A DNA stretch of 64,000 nucleotides from Macrostomum lignano (GCA_002269645.1 NIVC01001023.1:124001-188000); one strand, 5' to 3'. Positions 16,915 through 45,322 are shown, counted from the stretch's first letter. Program-made: numbers and translations. The notes: a model not told the origin generated them from the letters alone.

Positions 16915-18009
16915 TGATGATGTACACCCTGGGTGTCGACGCGCTTGCAAGTGCACAGGAGTGGGAGGAATGGGCAGGATTGCCTTCAGCGCTGGTTGTG
17001 GAACGATGCTGCCCCCCCCCCCCAGCCCTCTTGAGAATATTGATTGCTTTCATGAGGCAGATACTTGAAAATGTTGAAAATCAAAATTTATTGACATCAA
17101 ATCATGGTAATCCATGCTTGAAATGATTGAAACCGAAGCAGCCCAGTACAGAATATTGCAGAGCTCACCTTTGCTTTCAGAGTGCGTGTCTTCAGCGCAT
17201 CAAGCCGCTGCAAGTCAGGTGGCTGAGTGACATTTTATTTAGAGTGCTGAAGATCTTCGAGCAGTCAAGATAAGACAGTTCTGGAGTTGGAACTGGACTC
17301 GCACTGGCTCTTGGGACTGAGTCACTTCCTCCTCGGGCGGATCCGTTACACAGGGGGGTAAGCTGCTTATGTTTTAAAACCCTATAAATATACGACAGGG
17401 CAAGTGGAGTCAGCAGTGTGCCTGTCTGTCCAAGTATCAAGCTGATAGATCATTCCAATCCATTCCATTTAGGCTGTCATATATAACTGCATGTGTGGCT
17501 AATTCCTATTCAATAAGGACTATATGATATGGCTCCGAGATTGGCTAGGATCTGGCAGTACTTAAGGATCTTAAAAAAGCTGTCACTTGGGTCAAGAGCT
17601 GCTCCTCTCAGAAGGAAACCCCTACAAAGGCCAAGGAGAGCTAGCACTTAGCAACTGGATTGGCAACTCTTTCAAGACAGCTAAGTTTATCTGAATTTAT
17701 TACAAACGTGGTTAAAACGACGCTCTCTAAAACTGGAGTTTCTTTTTGGTTCCTTGAAACTCTTGAAGCTTGTGAGGCCCAATGGGGGTGTTAGGATCCG
17801 CCTACTTGTTTGCTCAAATTGCTTCGCTGTACTCAAGTTCCCGACAAAGCCTGCAATGTCCATTGTCAGAGAAATTAACCACTTGGCTGCCAACGGGGAA
17901 GGAGTGACAGTGGGGTCAGAGAAAGGCTGTCAGAAACAAAGAGATTGATTAAAAAACTCGCACAGAATTTTTGCAGTGCATTAAAACAAAGCACTGTATA
18001 GTAAGGGGT

Positions 18010-18885
18010 ATCCATGCTGTATATTACCCTGTCACTATGGTGTATTCAAGCTGTAAATTACCCTGTCACTATGGTGTATTCAAGCTGTAAATTACCCTGT
18101 CACTATGGTGTATTCAAGCTGTAAATTACCCTGTCACTATGGTGTATTCAAGCTGTAAATTACCCTGTCACTATGGTGTATTCAAGCTGTAAATTACCCT
18201 GTCACTATGGTGTATTCAAGCTGTAAATTACCCTGTCACTATGGTGTATTCAAGCTGTAAATTACCCTGTCACTATGGTGTATTCAAGCTGTAAATTACC
18301 CTGTCACTATGGTGTATTCAAGCTGTAAATTACCCTGTCACTATGGTGTATTCAAGCTGTAAATTACCCTGTCACTATGGTGTATTCAAGCTGTAAATTA
18401 CCCTGTCACTATGGTGTATTCAAGCTGTAAATTACCCTGTCACTATGGTGTATTCAAGCTGTAAATTACCCTGTCACTATGGGATATCCATGCTGTAAAC
18501 CACCCCTGTCACTATGGGATATCCATGCTGTAAACCACCCCTGTCACTATGGGATATCCATGCTGTAAACCACCCCTGTCACTATGGGATATCCATGCTG
18601 TAAACCACCCCTGTCACTATGGGATATCCATGCTGTAAACCACCCCTGTCACTATGGGATATCCATGCTGTAAACCACCCCTGTCACTATGGGATATCCA
18701 TGCTGTAAACCACCCCTGTCACTATGGGATATCCATGCTGTAAACCACCCCTGTCACTATGGGATATCCATGCTGTAAACCACCCCTGTCACTATGGGAT
18801 ATCCATGCTGTAAACCACCCCTGTCACTATGGGATATCCATGCTGTAAACCACCCCTGTCACTATGGGATATCCATGCTGTAAAC
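18010..18885. repeat. 34/35-bp minisatellite, left part (interrupted by the LTR element)
   Basis: About 14 x 34-bp ccctgtcactatggtgtattcaagctgtaaatta, then about 12 x 35-bp ccctgtcactatgggatatccatgctgtaaaccac. Confidence 0.95.
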
Positions 18886-19106
18886 TGTAGAGAGCGAAGC
18901 CGAGAGAAAGTTATGTGTTGTGTGTAGCCGATAAAGCCTCAATCTATTGTAGGCTCTGTGCGATCGATTTATATATTTAGCAGCGACCCTGCAGTTGAGA
19001 CTGCGTACATTAAAAACAGAAAGCCAAGAATATTGGATGTACATCGGAAATGCACACCAGGACTAAAAACACTTATTATGCAAGCACTGGGCAGCAGGTG
19101 CCTACA
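18886..19106 (-). repeat. 3' LTR (221 bp, TG...CA)
   Basis: Minus strand starts TGTAGGCACC and ends CTCTCTACA; preceded by the PPT. Confidence 0.93.
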
Positions 19107-19119
19107 ATTCTCCCCAACC
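19107..19119 (-). other. Polypurine tract
   Basis: GGTTGGGGAGAAT directly upstream of the 3' LTR on the minus strand. Confidence 0.75.
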
Positions 19120-19223
19120 AGAGAGATCCCAGGGAATAAAAAAAACGAGCTCAATTACTCAGTTACTACCAGCCCAAACCCCAAAGCAATCAAAGCGGCC
19201 CGCCCACGCACAAAACCCTAGGA

Positions 19224-22200
19224 TCACAATTTGTAGCTGAGCACTCTGTTACGGGCAGCTCTTGGATGTTCTCGCGTGGCGATGCTACCGCTGGGTAGAC
19301 CGGCGGGCTGACCGGTAGGTTGGCCGGCAGGCTCTCCGGCAGGTTGGCCGGCAGGTTCGCCGGCAGGTTGGCCGGCAGGTTGGCCGGCAGGCTCTCCGGC
19401 AGGCTGGCCGGCAGGCTCTCCGGCAGGCTGGCCGGCAGGCTCTCCGGCAGGCTGGCCGGCAGGCTCTCCGACCAGGGGCCGCAGCTGCGAGACGTGGCGC
19501 ATGCAGGACTGTTCGCCGCGTTGCAGGACACACGTGTCTCCCTGGACCTGCTTGACTGTCCAAGGATGTGGCTCGAACGGCAGCTGCAGTTTGTTACGTG
19601 GCTGCTTCTTTCGCAGAACTTTGTTGCCGACTCTGACGTCGTGCTCGTTGACACCCTTGCGATCATCGAAACGCGCCTTCATGTCTTGGACATAGTTTCT
19701 GTGCCAGCTCTGCACCTCTTCATGGTTAACGTCGATGAGCTGTGATGGTTTGATGGTCGGGATGCCGTTGTTCATCGTCCTGCCCATGAGTAGCTCAGCG
19801 GGTGCGCGGCCGGTCGCTCGATGTGGTGTCGTGCGGAACGCCAACAGCCAGTCCTCGATAGCCTCCCGCCAGTTCCGACCTTCGGCCACTGCCGTCTGAA
19901 TCACTTTCCCGATGCTGCGGTTGACTCGCTCCGTCGCTCCATTGGATTCTGGGTGCAGCGGGCAGATGAGGCGGTGGTGAATGCCGTACGAAGCGAGGAA
20001 GCTGCGGAAAGCTGCCGAGCTGAATGGCGGGCCGTTGTCAGTGACCACCTCAATCGGGACGCCGTATCTGCCGAACAGCCTCCGCAGGTGGGGGATCACG
20101 CTCTCCGCCGTCGTCGAGTTGAGAAAATTGACTTCTGGGTATTTTGAATACAAGTCGGTGGTGACCAGGAGCATCTGGCCCTGCACTGGGCCGTAGAAAT
20201 CCATGCCTAGTAGCAGCCAGGCACCGTCCGGAATTTCCGTCGGCCTCAATGGTGTCTGTCGCAATCCGGTGGCCGCAGCCTGGCACAGTGTGCAGCACTG
20301 GACGAAGAGCTCGCAGTCGCTGCGCATCCGAGGCCACCACACCTTCGTCTGCAGGCGTTTAAGGGTGCGGTCGGCGCCCAGATGACCGGTGTGCGCCAGT
20401 TGAAGGATCGGCCTGCGCAGCGACTCGGGGATGACGATGAGGTCACCGCGGAGTAATACTCCGTCGCTTTCCGACAGTTCGCCGCTGATGGACTTGAAGG
20501 AGCGCTGGGCTGCCGCTCGCATGTCCCAGCGGCCGGTTCGAATCGCGTTCAGCGCCGCCTGGACGTCCCTGTCGGTGCGCGATGCTTCCCGAACCTGGTC
20601 GAGACTGAAGCCCTTCGGCACGGCCCCGGTCGACACGGCGTTGATGAAGGCGGCGTCGAGCTCTTCACCTACATTCCGACGCCGCTCTGGCAGTGGCTGC
20701 CGACTCAGCAGGTCAGCCGGGTTGGTCGAGCCTGGCCGGTAGAGCAGGTTGAAGCGGAGATGCTGAATGCGCAGCGCCATTCGCTCGATCCGCGGTGGCG
20801 GACGGGAGCCAGGCTTGAAAAGCGGCACGAGCGGTCGGTGGTCCGTCACCACGGTGAAGTCTGGGTCGCCAGCCAAATAGTGCTCAAACTTGAGACACCC
20901 AAATTTGATGGCCAACGCCTCCCGCTCGATCTGCGCGTACCGCTGCTCCACCGGCGAGAGGGCTCTGCTGGCGTAGGCGACGGGTCTGCTGTTGCCGTCT
21001 GGCTGCCGCTGCGTGAGGATGGCACCGAGGCCGATTGGCGATGCGTCCACCAGGAGCTCCGTGTGCAGTCTGCGGTCGAAAAAGGCCAGCGTGTCCGCGT
21101 CTGTGATTGCCTTCTTGATGCCGTTGAACGCCGCTGTGTGTTTTTCTGTCCACTCCCAGGCTTGGCCCTTCTTCGTTAGCTGCCGGAGTGGGGCCGCGAG
21201 GTCAGCGAAGTTCGGGATGAACTTTGCCAGGAAGTTAGCGGTTCCCAGGAAAGAGCGGACGTCGGCCACGTTGGAGGGCTCTCGGAAGTTCTGCATGGCG
21301 TCAATTTTCTCGGTGGCCGGTTGCATGCCCCGGGCGGTCAGGCGCATCCCGAGAAACTCGACAGTCGGCCGGGCGAACCTGCACTTGTCCTGATTGAGAG
21401 TGATCCCGAACTCTCGGAGGCGCTGAAGGCAGGCGTCCAGCCTCTCATGGTGCTGTTTCATATCGGAGGCGTACACCACCACGTCGTCGTGCGCCCACCG
21501 GACGCCGTCGATGCCGCTGAGGATGCCAAGCATGACTCGTTGAAGGATTTCCGAGGCATTTGTGAACCCCATGCTGAGCCTCTTGAGCCGCATCAGTCCG
21601 AGGGGCGTGCTGAAGGTGAAGAGGTGACGGCTGCTCTCGTGGACTGGGATCTGATAAAAAGCCTTCCGGATATCGAGTTCGCTGAACAGCTTGGCGTCTG
21701 CCATTTCCTCGGTGATTTCGTCCAGCGTGGGGATTTGCTGCTTCTCTGGGATGACGAAAGCGTTGAGATTACGGAGGTCTTGGCAGATTCGAACGCCACC
21801 GTCGCCCTTGGGCACCACCACCATGCGTGACACCCAGGCGCTAGGACCTTTGACTGCCTCAATGATGCCCTGCTCCTCCAAAGCCTTGAGCTCGTCCACT
21901 ACGGCCTCTTTCAGGTGCGCCGCCACACGTGAGGGCGCCTGGCAGACTGGAACAGCGTCATCGGACAGCTGGATCTGGACCTCTACACCCTTAATGCAGC
22001 CGATGCCGTTGAAGACTTCTTTGTGCCTCTGCAGGATGGCCTTGAGCTGGGGGTCGCTATACTGCTCGGGGGGTGTGGTGTCGGCGATGGCGTTGATGTT
22101 TTGCGGCTTGGTAGCTTCAGGTCGCTGGATCTTCAGCACTCCTAGCTTGAATGCGGGCTGACGCCCTAGTATCGTCAGCCCGTCGCCGTCCATGATGTGG

Positions 22201-23327
22201 AAAGTCGCGGTAGTTCTGGCAGATCCCACTTGGATGTCAAGATCGGCGGTACCCACAATCCTGAGAGGTGTCGGTACACCGTAGGCACGAACTTCGGCTC
22301 TTGTTGGGCGTGGGCTTGGCAGGCTGAGCGCTCTGAAGGTGCCGAGACTCATGATACTGCAGCTGGCTCCGCTGTCAATCATCATGGGAAGCTGCCGGTT
22401 TGCCACCTGCACAGTCAGTGAGACGTCGGATGGGTATTTGTTGCGGTTGTACAGCGCGAACACATCCTCGTTGACGGAGCCGTCGGCAGCTGTGAATACA
22501 GCATTGGTGCTGATTTGCTGCTGTGGGATCCGGCTGCTGTTTGACTGCCGAGGCTGACGGCAGGCAAGAGCGAGGTGATTGGGCTTGCCGCAGTTGTGGC
22601 AGATCTTGCCCTTGGCAGCGTCGCAGGTAGCGTGGCCTTTCTCGCCGCAGCGGTAGCAGGTGCGCTGCTGCTGGTCGCCGGGCCTGCTGGTCGTCTGAGC
22701 CGGGCCACGCCTGTTCGTTCTCACCTTGTCGTCCTTAGCAACGCTGGCCACGTGCGAGTCTGCCTTCTCCATCTCAGTGGCTTGTTCCTCAGCAGCCTCG
22801 AATGCCCTCGCCTTTCGCAAGGCCTCCTCCAGGCTGATGTTCGCCTCCTGAAGCAGCCGCCTGCGCAGCTTGTCAGAGCTGCAGGTTGCCACGAGCTGGT
22901 CTCTGATGAGCGAGTCCTTCAGCTGCTCGAAGTCGCACGGCTCTGCCGCAGTGCGCAGTCTGGCGTACCAGGATTCGATGGACTCTCCGGTGGCCTGGGT
23001 GCATAGGCGGAACTGATATCTGGCAAATACGATGTTCTTTCTTCCGTTGAAGAATGTCTTCAAAGCGTCCAGCGTCTGCTTGAGGGTGACTTGGCCGTCC
23101 TCTGTGGCCGCTGCAGGCTTGGCCTCCTCGCGGATGATGTCGGCGATTTCCTTGCCTGCTGTGTAGCTGAGTAGTTTGCACTTTTGCTTCTCGTTGGTGA
23201 TGCCTGATGCATCGATGAAATCTTCGAAGCGGTCTGCCCATTGACTCCAGCGCTTGCCCGCGTTGTGTGGGTCTGCTGATACTGAGAATGGCTCAGGTGG
23301 GGGCAGTGAGAGAAAGTTGGCTGCCAT
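19224..23327 (-). CDS. Gag-Pol polyprotein, 1367 aa
   Basis: Gag zinc knuckles CYRCGEKGH and CHNCGKPNHLALAC; protease MIDSGAS; RT LDIRKAFYQ...WAHDD; RNase H VDASPIGLGA...YAQIEREALA; integrase HTGHLG..CTLC, DFYGP, TDNGPPF, NGATERVNR. Confidence 0.97.
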   Translation of the reverse strand: MAANFLSLPPPEPFSVSADPHNAGKRWSQWADRFEDFIDASGITNEKQKCKLLSYTAGKEIADIIREEAKPAAATEDGQVTLKQTLDALKTFFNGRKNIVFARYQFRLCTQATGESIESWYARLRTAAEPCDFEQLKDSLIRDQLVATCSSDKLRRRLLQEANISLEEALRKARAFEAAEEQATEMEKADSHVASVAKDDKVRTNRRGPAQTTSRPGDQQQRTCYRCGEKGHATCDAAKGKICHNCGKPNHLALACRQPRQSNSSRIPQQQISTNAVFTAADGSVNEDVFALYNRNKYPSDVSLTVQVANRQLPMMIDSGASCSIMSLGTFRALSLPSPRPTRAEVRAYGVPTPLRIVGTADLDIQVGSARTTATFHIMDGDGLTILGRQPAFKLGVLKIQRPEATKPQNINAIADTTPPEQYSDPQLKAILQRHKEVFNGIGCIKGVEVQIQLSDDAVPVCQAPSRVAAHLKEAVVDELKALEEQGIIEAVKGPSAWVSRMVVVPKGDGGVRICQDLRNLNAFVIPEKQQIPTLDEITEEMADAKLFSELDIRKAFYQIPVHESSRHLFTFSTPLGLMRLKRLSMGFTNASEILQRVMLGILSGIDGVRWAHDDVVVYASDMKQHHERLDACLQRLREFGITLNQDKCRFARPTVEFLGMRLTARGMQPATEKIDAMQNFREPSNVADVRSFLGTANFLAKFIPNFADLAAPLRQLTKKGQAWEWTEKHTAAFNGIKKAITDADTLAFFDRRLHTELLVDASPIGLGAILTQRQPDGNSRPVAYASRALSPVEQRYAQIEREALAIKFGCLKFEHYLAGDPDFTVVTDHRPLVPLFKPGSRPPPRIERMALRIQHLRFNLLYRPGSTNPADLLSRQPLPERRRNVGEELDAAFINAVSTGAVPKGFSLDQVREASRTDRDVQAALNAIRTGRWDMRAAAQRSFKSISGELSESDGVLLRGDLIVIPESLRRPILQLAHTGHLGADRTLKRLQTKVWWPRMRSDCELFVQCCTLCQAAATGLRQTPLRPTEIPDGAWLLLGMDFYGPVQGQMLLVTTDLYSKYPEVNFLNSTTAESVIPHLRRLFGRYGVPIEVVTDNGPPFSSAAFRSFLASYGIHHRLICPLHPESNGATERVNRSIGKVIQTAVAEGRNWREAIEDWLLAFRTTPHRATGRAPAELLMGRTMNNGIPTIKPSQLIDVNHEEVQSWHRNYVQDMKARFDDRKGVNEHDVRVGNKVLRKKQPRNKLQLPFEPHPWTVKQVQGDTCVLQRGEQSCMRHVSQLRPLVGEPAGQPAGEPAGQPAGEPAGQPAGEPAGQPAGQPAGEPAGQPAGEPAGQPTGQPAGLPSGSIATREHPRAARNRVLSYKL

Positions 23328-23347
23328 GATTTGTTTACTACGCGGTA

Positions 23348-23364
23348 GGCGGCTTGCGACGCCA
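23348..23364 (-). other. Primer-binding site
   Basis: TGGCGTCGCAAGCC.. one base after the 5' LTR end; TGG complements the tRNA CCA; primer tRNA not identified. Confidence 0.7.
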
Positions 23365-23365
23365 C

Positions 23366-23582
23366 TGTAGAGAGCGAAGCCGAGAGAAAGTTATGTGTTG
23401 TGTGTAGCCGATAAAGCCTCAATCTATTGTAGGCTCTGTGCGATCGATTTATATATTTAGCAGCGACCCTGCAGTTGAGACTGCGTACATTAAAAACAGA
23501 AAGCCAAGAATATTGGATGTACATCGGAAATGCACACCAGGACTAAAAACACTTATTATGCAAGCACTGGGCAGCAGGTGCA
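23366..23582 (-). repeat. 5' LTR (outer end altered)
   Basis: Identical to 18886-19101; on the plus strand the outer end reads ...GGTGCA instead of ...GGTGCCTACA. Confidence 0.93.
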
Positions 23583-24030
23583 GACCCCTGTCACTATGGG
23601 ATATCCATGCTGTAAACCACCCCTGTCACTATGGGATATCCATGCTGTAAACCACCCCTGTCACTATGGGATATCCATGCTGTAAACCACCCCTGTCACT
23701 ATGGGATATCCATGCTGTAAACCACCCCTGTCACTATGGGATATCCATGCTGTAAACCACCCCTGTCACTATGGGATATCCATGCTGTAAACCACCCCTG
23801 TCACTATGGGATATCCATGCTGTAAACCACCCCTGTCACTATGGGATATCCATCTGTAAATTAGCCTGTCATTATGGGGTATTCAAGCTGTAAACTACCC
23901 TGTCACTATGGGGTATTCATGCTGTAAACTACCCTGTAACTATTGGGTATTAATGCTGTAAACTACCCTGTAACTATTGGGTATTCATGCTGTAAACTAC
24001 CCTGTCACAATAGAATACCAATGCTGTAAG
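23583..24030. repeat. 35-bp minisatellite, right part
   Basis: The same unit resumes after the LTR (about 8 copies), then degenerate 34-bp-like units. Confidence 0.93.
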
Positions 24031-24170
24031 TTATGTCACAATGCTGTATCCCTAAAAATATTTCAAAAAGAGAAACAACATCCAGAAGTGAGACCGAGAG
24101 TTATTTGATTAATAAAAAACTTTTAAAGATGTTATCAAATTTTTCAATCGACTGCTTCCACCCAGCTTCT

Positions 24171-41588
<17,418 letters not shown>

Positions 41589-41699
41589 CTGGGTGCTTGT
41601 TTGAGCTCTCAGCTGAGGTCTGTTTGGCTGGGGAGGAGATTCAAAAGGCCAAAGTTTCACAACACCTGAAGTTCACAAGGTGTAGATGTCCCCCTGTCT

Positions 41700-41990
41700 T
41701 CAAGTGTGTCACTCTGTCTAAGAGTGTGTCACTCTGTCTAAGACTGTGTCACATTATCTAAGAGTGAGTCACCCTGTCTAAGACTGTGTCACCCTGTCTA
41801 AGAGTGAGTCACCCTGTCTAAGAGTGAGTCACCCTGTCTAAGAGTGAGTCACCCTGTCTAAGAGTGAGTCACCCTGTCTAAGAGTGAGTCACCCTGGCTA
41901 AGATTGAGTCACCCTGTCTACGAGTGAGTCACCCTGTCTAAGACTGTGTCACATTATCCAAGAGTGTGTCACCCTTTCTAAGAGGTGTCA
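41700..41990. repeat. 20-bp minisatellite (agagtgagtcaccctgtcta)
   Basis: About 14 units just upstream of the lectin ATG; 8 contain TGAGTCA. Confidence 0.9.
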
Positions 41991-42577
41991 CTCAGTCTTA
42001 GAGTGTCTCACATTGTTTTGCAGTGTCACCTTGTTCTAAAGTGTGTCTTTTTTTTTAATTGTCTAGCCATATGCATTATCCACATCTGCATGTATTGCTA
42101 CAGTCTGCACTCTAACTGAACTAAAAGTCTAAGATCCACGATCTAAAATACAAAAAAATCAAGCTATTTTTTTCATAGAAAAAGCAGCGCAGTTTCTAAT
42201 CTTCTTAGAATCTTCTTGAAGGAACTCACCAGCTTACGATCGCGACTCAAAGTTCAGACAGAAAGTCTCTCTAGAAACAGAAATATCTCTTGGTCGCCAG
42301 AGTCTCACAATTTTAGCTGAAAAAATATTGTCATTGATTTTATATAAGCATTTTCTCCCAGTGGCAGCTCGCATCAGGCCTGAATTGAATAAAGACAATG
42401 AAATCTCTTTCTCCAGCTTCCTGATGCAGCTTCCTGGGAGCTTTTATTCCTGGGGATGAGGCTCTGACAGATTTTTTGTCACAGAAATTTTCCTGCCAAA
42501 CTCAGACTCAGTTTTGTCTTTTGTAGCGATTGATTGAATTCCAATTTCTATTCATCGTATTTTTAGCGGTCTGCTTG

Positions 42578-42591
42578 GTTGTCATGGCAAC
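42578..42591. promoter_or_regulatory. RFX X-box-like motif GTTGTCATGGCAAC
   Basis: Matches the established X-box consensus GTHNYYATRRNAAC at all positions; ~1 kb upstream of the lectin ATG. Confidence 0.45.
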
Positions 42592-42729
42592 AGGAATAGA
42601 AACACTTGTCAATTCGCCGCACATTCTGATTGTCAAGACGTCACCATCAATTTACGGGATTTGACTGAAAATTGTTGTTTACGGTGTTTTTTTTATGCGA
42701 GAAAAATAGAAAAACTTTTCAGCTTCCAA

Positions 42730-44385
42730 AATCATTGGATATGGCACCTCGCGCCCCCATCACAGAATCCTTTGGCGCCCCATCGCAGACTTTTTTGGCG
42801 CCCCATCACTGAGTCTCCATTGGTGCCCCATCACTGAGTCTCCATTGGCGCCCCATCACTGAGTCTCCATTGGCGCCCCATCACTGAGTCTCCATTGGCG
42901 CCCCATCATTGAATCAATTGGCGCCCCATCACTGACTCCTTTGGTGCACCATCACTGACTCAGTTGGTGTCCCATCACAGAATCCTTTGGCACCCTATCA
43001 CTGAATCCTTTTGAGCACCATCACTGACTTCTTTGGCGCACCATCACTGACACCTTTGGCGCCCCATCACTGACTCCTTTGGCGCCTATTCACTGACTCC
43101 TTTGGCGCACCATCACTGACTCCTTTGGCGCACCATCACTAGCACCTTTGGCGCACCATCACTAGCACCTTTGGCGCACCATCACTGACTCCTTTGGCGC
43201 ACCATCACTGGCACCTTTGGCGCACCATCACTGAATCCTTTGGCGCCTATTCACTGACTCCTTTGGCGCACCATCACTGACTCCTTTGGCGCACCATCAC
43301 TGACTCCTTTGGCGCACCATCACTGACTCCTTTGGCGCCCCATCACTGACTCCTTTGGCGCACCATCACTGACTCCTTTGGCGCACCATCACTGAATCCT
43401 TTGGCGCACCATCACTGACACCTTTGGCGCACCATCACTGACACCTTTGGCGCACCATCACTGGCACCTTTGGCGCACCATCACTGAATCCTTTGGCGCA
43501 CCATCACTAGCACCTTTGGCGCACCATCACTGACTCCTTTGGCGCACCATCACTGGCACCTTTGGCGCACCATCACTGAATCCTTTGGCGCACCATCACT
43601 GACACCTTTGGCGCACCATCACTGACACCTTTGGCGCACCATCACTGGCACCTTTGGCGCACCATCACTGAATCCTTTGGCGCACCATCACTAGCACCTT
43701 TGGCGCACCATCACTGACTCCTTTGGCGCACCATCACTGGCACCTTTGGCGCACCATCACTGAATCCTTTGGCGCCTATTCACTGACTCCTTTGGCGCAC
43801 CATCACTGACTACTTTGGCGCACCATCACTGGCACCTTTGGCGCACCATCACTGAATCCTTTGGCGCACCATCACTGAATCCTTTGGCGCACCATCACTG
43901 ACTCCTTTGGCGCACCATCACTGGCACCTTTGGCGCACCATCACTGACACCTTTGGCGCACCATCACTGGCACCTTTGGCGCACCATCACTGAATCCTTT
44001 GGCGCCTATTCACTGACTCCTTTGGCGCACCATCACTGACTCCTTTGGCGCACCATCACTGGCACCTTTGGCGCACCATCACTGAATCCTTTGGCGCCTA
44101 TTCACTGACTCCTTTGGCGCCCCATCACTGACTCCTTTGGCGCACCATCACTGACACCTTTGGCGCACCATCACTGGCACCTTTGGCGCACCATCACTGA
44201 CTCCTTTGGCGCACCATCACTGACTCCTTTGGCGCCTATTCACTGACTCCTTTGGCGCACCATCACTGACACCTTTGGCGCACCATCACTGACACCTTTG
44301 GCGCACCATCACTGACACCTTTGGCGCCCCATCACTGACTCCTTTGGCGCCCCATCACTGACTCCTTTGGCGCCTATTCACTAAA
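42730..44385. repeat. 23-bp minisatellite (catcactgactcctttggcgcac)
   Basis: About 70 units, degenerate at the left end. Confidence 0.95.
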
Positions 44386-44960
44386 TGAAAAAGTACAAAA
44401 CAGCTGGCAAAGCAATATTCCGCAGAAGCATGCACAGATACTGAAAATCGGATGTTTCCCAATGAAACTCCAAAATTAGCGCTATAAGCCTTTTTCATTT
44501 AATCAGGTCATGAGAAGTCCCGCATATTGGTAAAATAGGATTGTATGGCTTCAGAGAGAAAGCCCGAGACCATGAGATGTGAGGTCTGCCTTCATTTCCT
44601 CAATCCTTCATGGCACATCATGAAAGGACAAGGCTCTTTCTGTTTTCTAATTTCCCAAATCCGTGATTTCTACTTGATCATAAAGTTATTAACTTATTTT
44701 GGCTCAAATCTTGTTTTGGCAAATCGAAATCATGCAGAGCAGGATCTCTGCTATTGCCCACTGCCTGCAATGCACTGCATGGGGAGAGCGTAGCGGGTCT
44801 CCCAGGGGCTTTTCCTATTTTCCATTCTTGTATCCCCTTTTCTCGTAGATTGAATAAGGAAATTGTATCAATGATGCAAATTCAGCAGTCACAGACCGGA
44901 TACAGGCAATAATTTTCGAGTTTCGTATTAGTAGCTTGTACATGTAACTACATCATTGAG

Positions 44961-45322
44961 GGGGCCGTAGCCCAGCGGTAGCGCAGCTGCTCTGGTGTGC
45001 CGCGACCCAGGCTCGATTCCAAGTGCAGCCACATTAATTTGGGGCTGGATTGGAATCTTGGCTTGGCTCGCTTGTGCAATTAACGGCCTTGAGAGCCAAC
45101 CCCCCAAGGCGCAGTGAAGTGTACATGCCTAACAATTGATAAAGTTAGGGCCGCTGTACACTCCTGTGTGAGTGTGTGCCTGCGTAACGTATCCGCGCGC
45201 TTGTATGCCTGCTCAGGGGAGTCGGCGGAATGGGCAGTAATGCCTCTCGCCGGTTGTGTGCCAATATTGACGCTTAAATTGCGCCAGGGTGCACACAACC
45301 CCCCTGCCTCTAATAAAAAAAA
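44961..45322 (+). mobile_element. Full-length tRNA-derived SINE family A with 15-bp TSD
   Basis: A box TAGCCCAGCGG, B box GGCTCGATTCC and poly(A) tail, flanked by AACTACATCATTGAG at 44946-44960 and 45323-45337. Confidence 0.9.

Larger units (their letters stand above)
18886..23582 (-). mobile_element. Full-length Ty3/Gypsy LTR retrotransposon (Mag-like single-ORF type)
   Basis: Two LTRs identical over 216 bp, a PBS and a PPT, and an intact gag-PR-RT-RH-IN ORF in Gypsy domain order. Confidence 0.95.

Noticed and set aside
22903-22934. Hammerhead-like CTGATGA + stem inside gag
   Set aside because: GAAG replaces the required GAAA, no stems I/III are evident, and it lies antisense within a constrained ORF.
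19190-23241. Overlapping or antisense ORFs and an env gene in the LTR element
   Set aside because: Shadow ORFs of GC-rich gag-pol; only ~120 bp lie between the pol stop and the 3' LTR, leaving no room for env.
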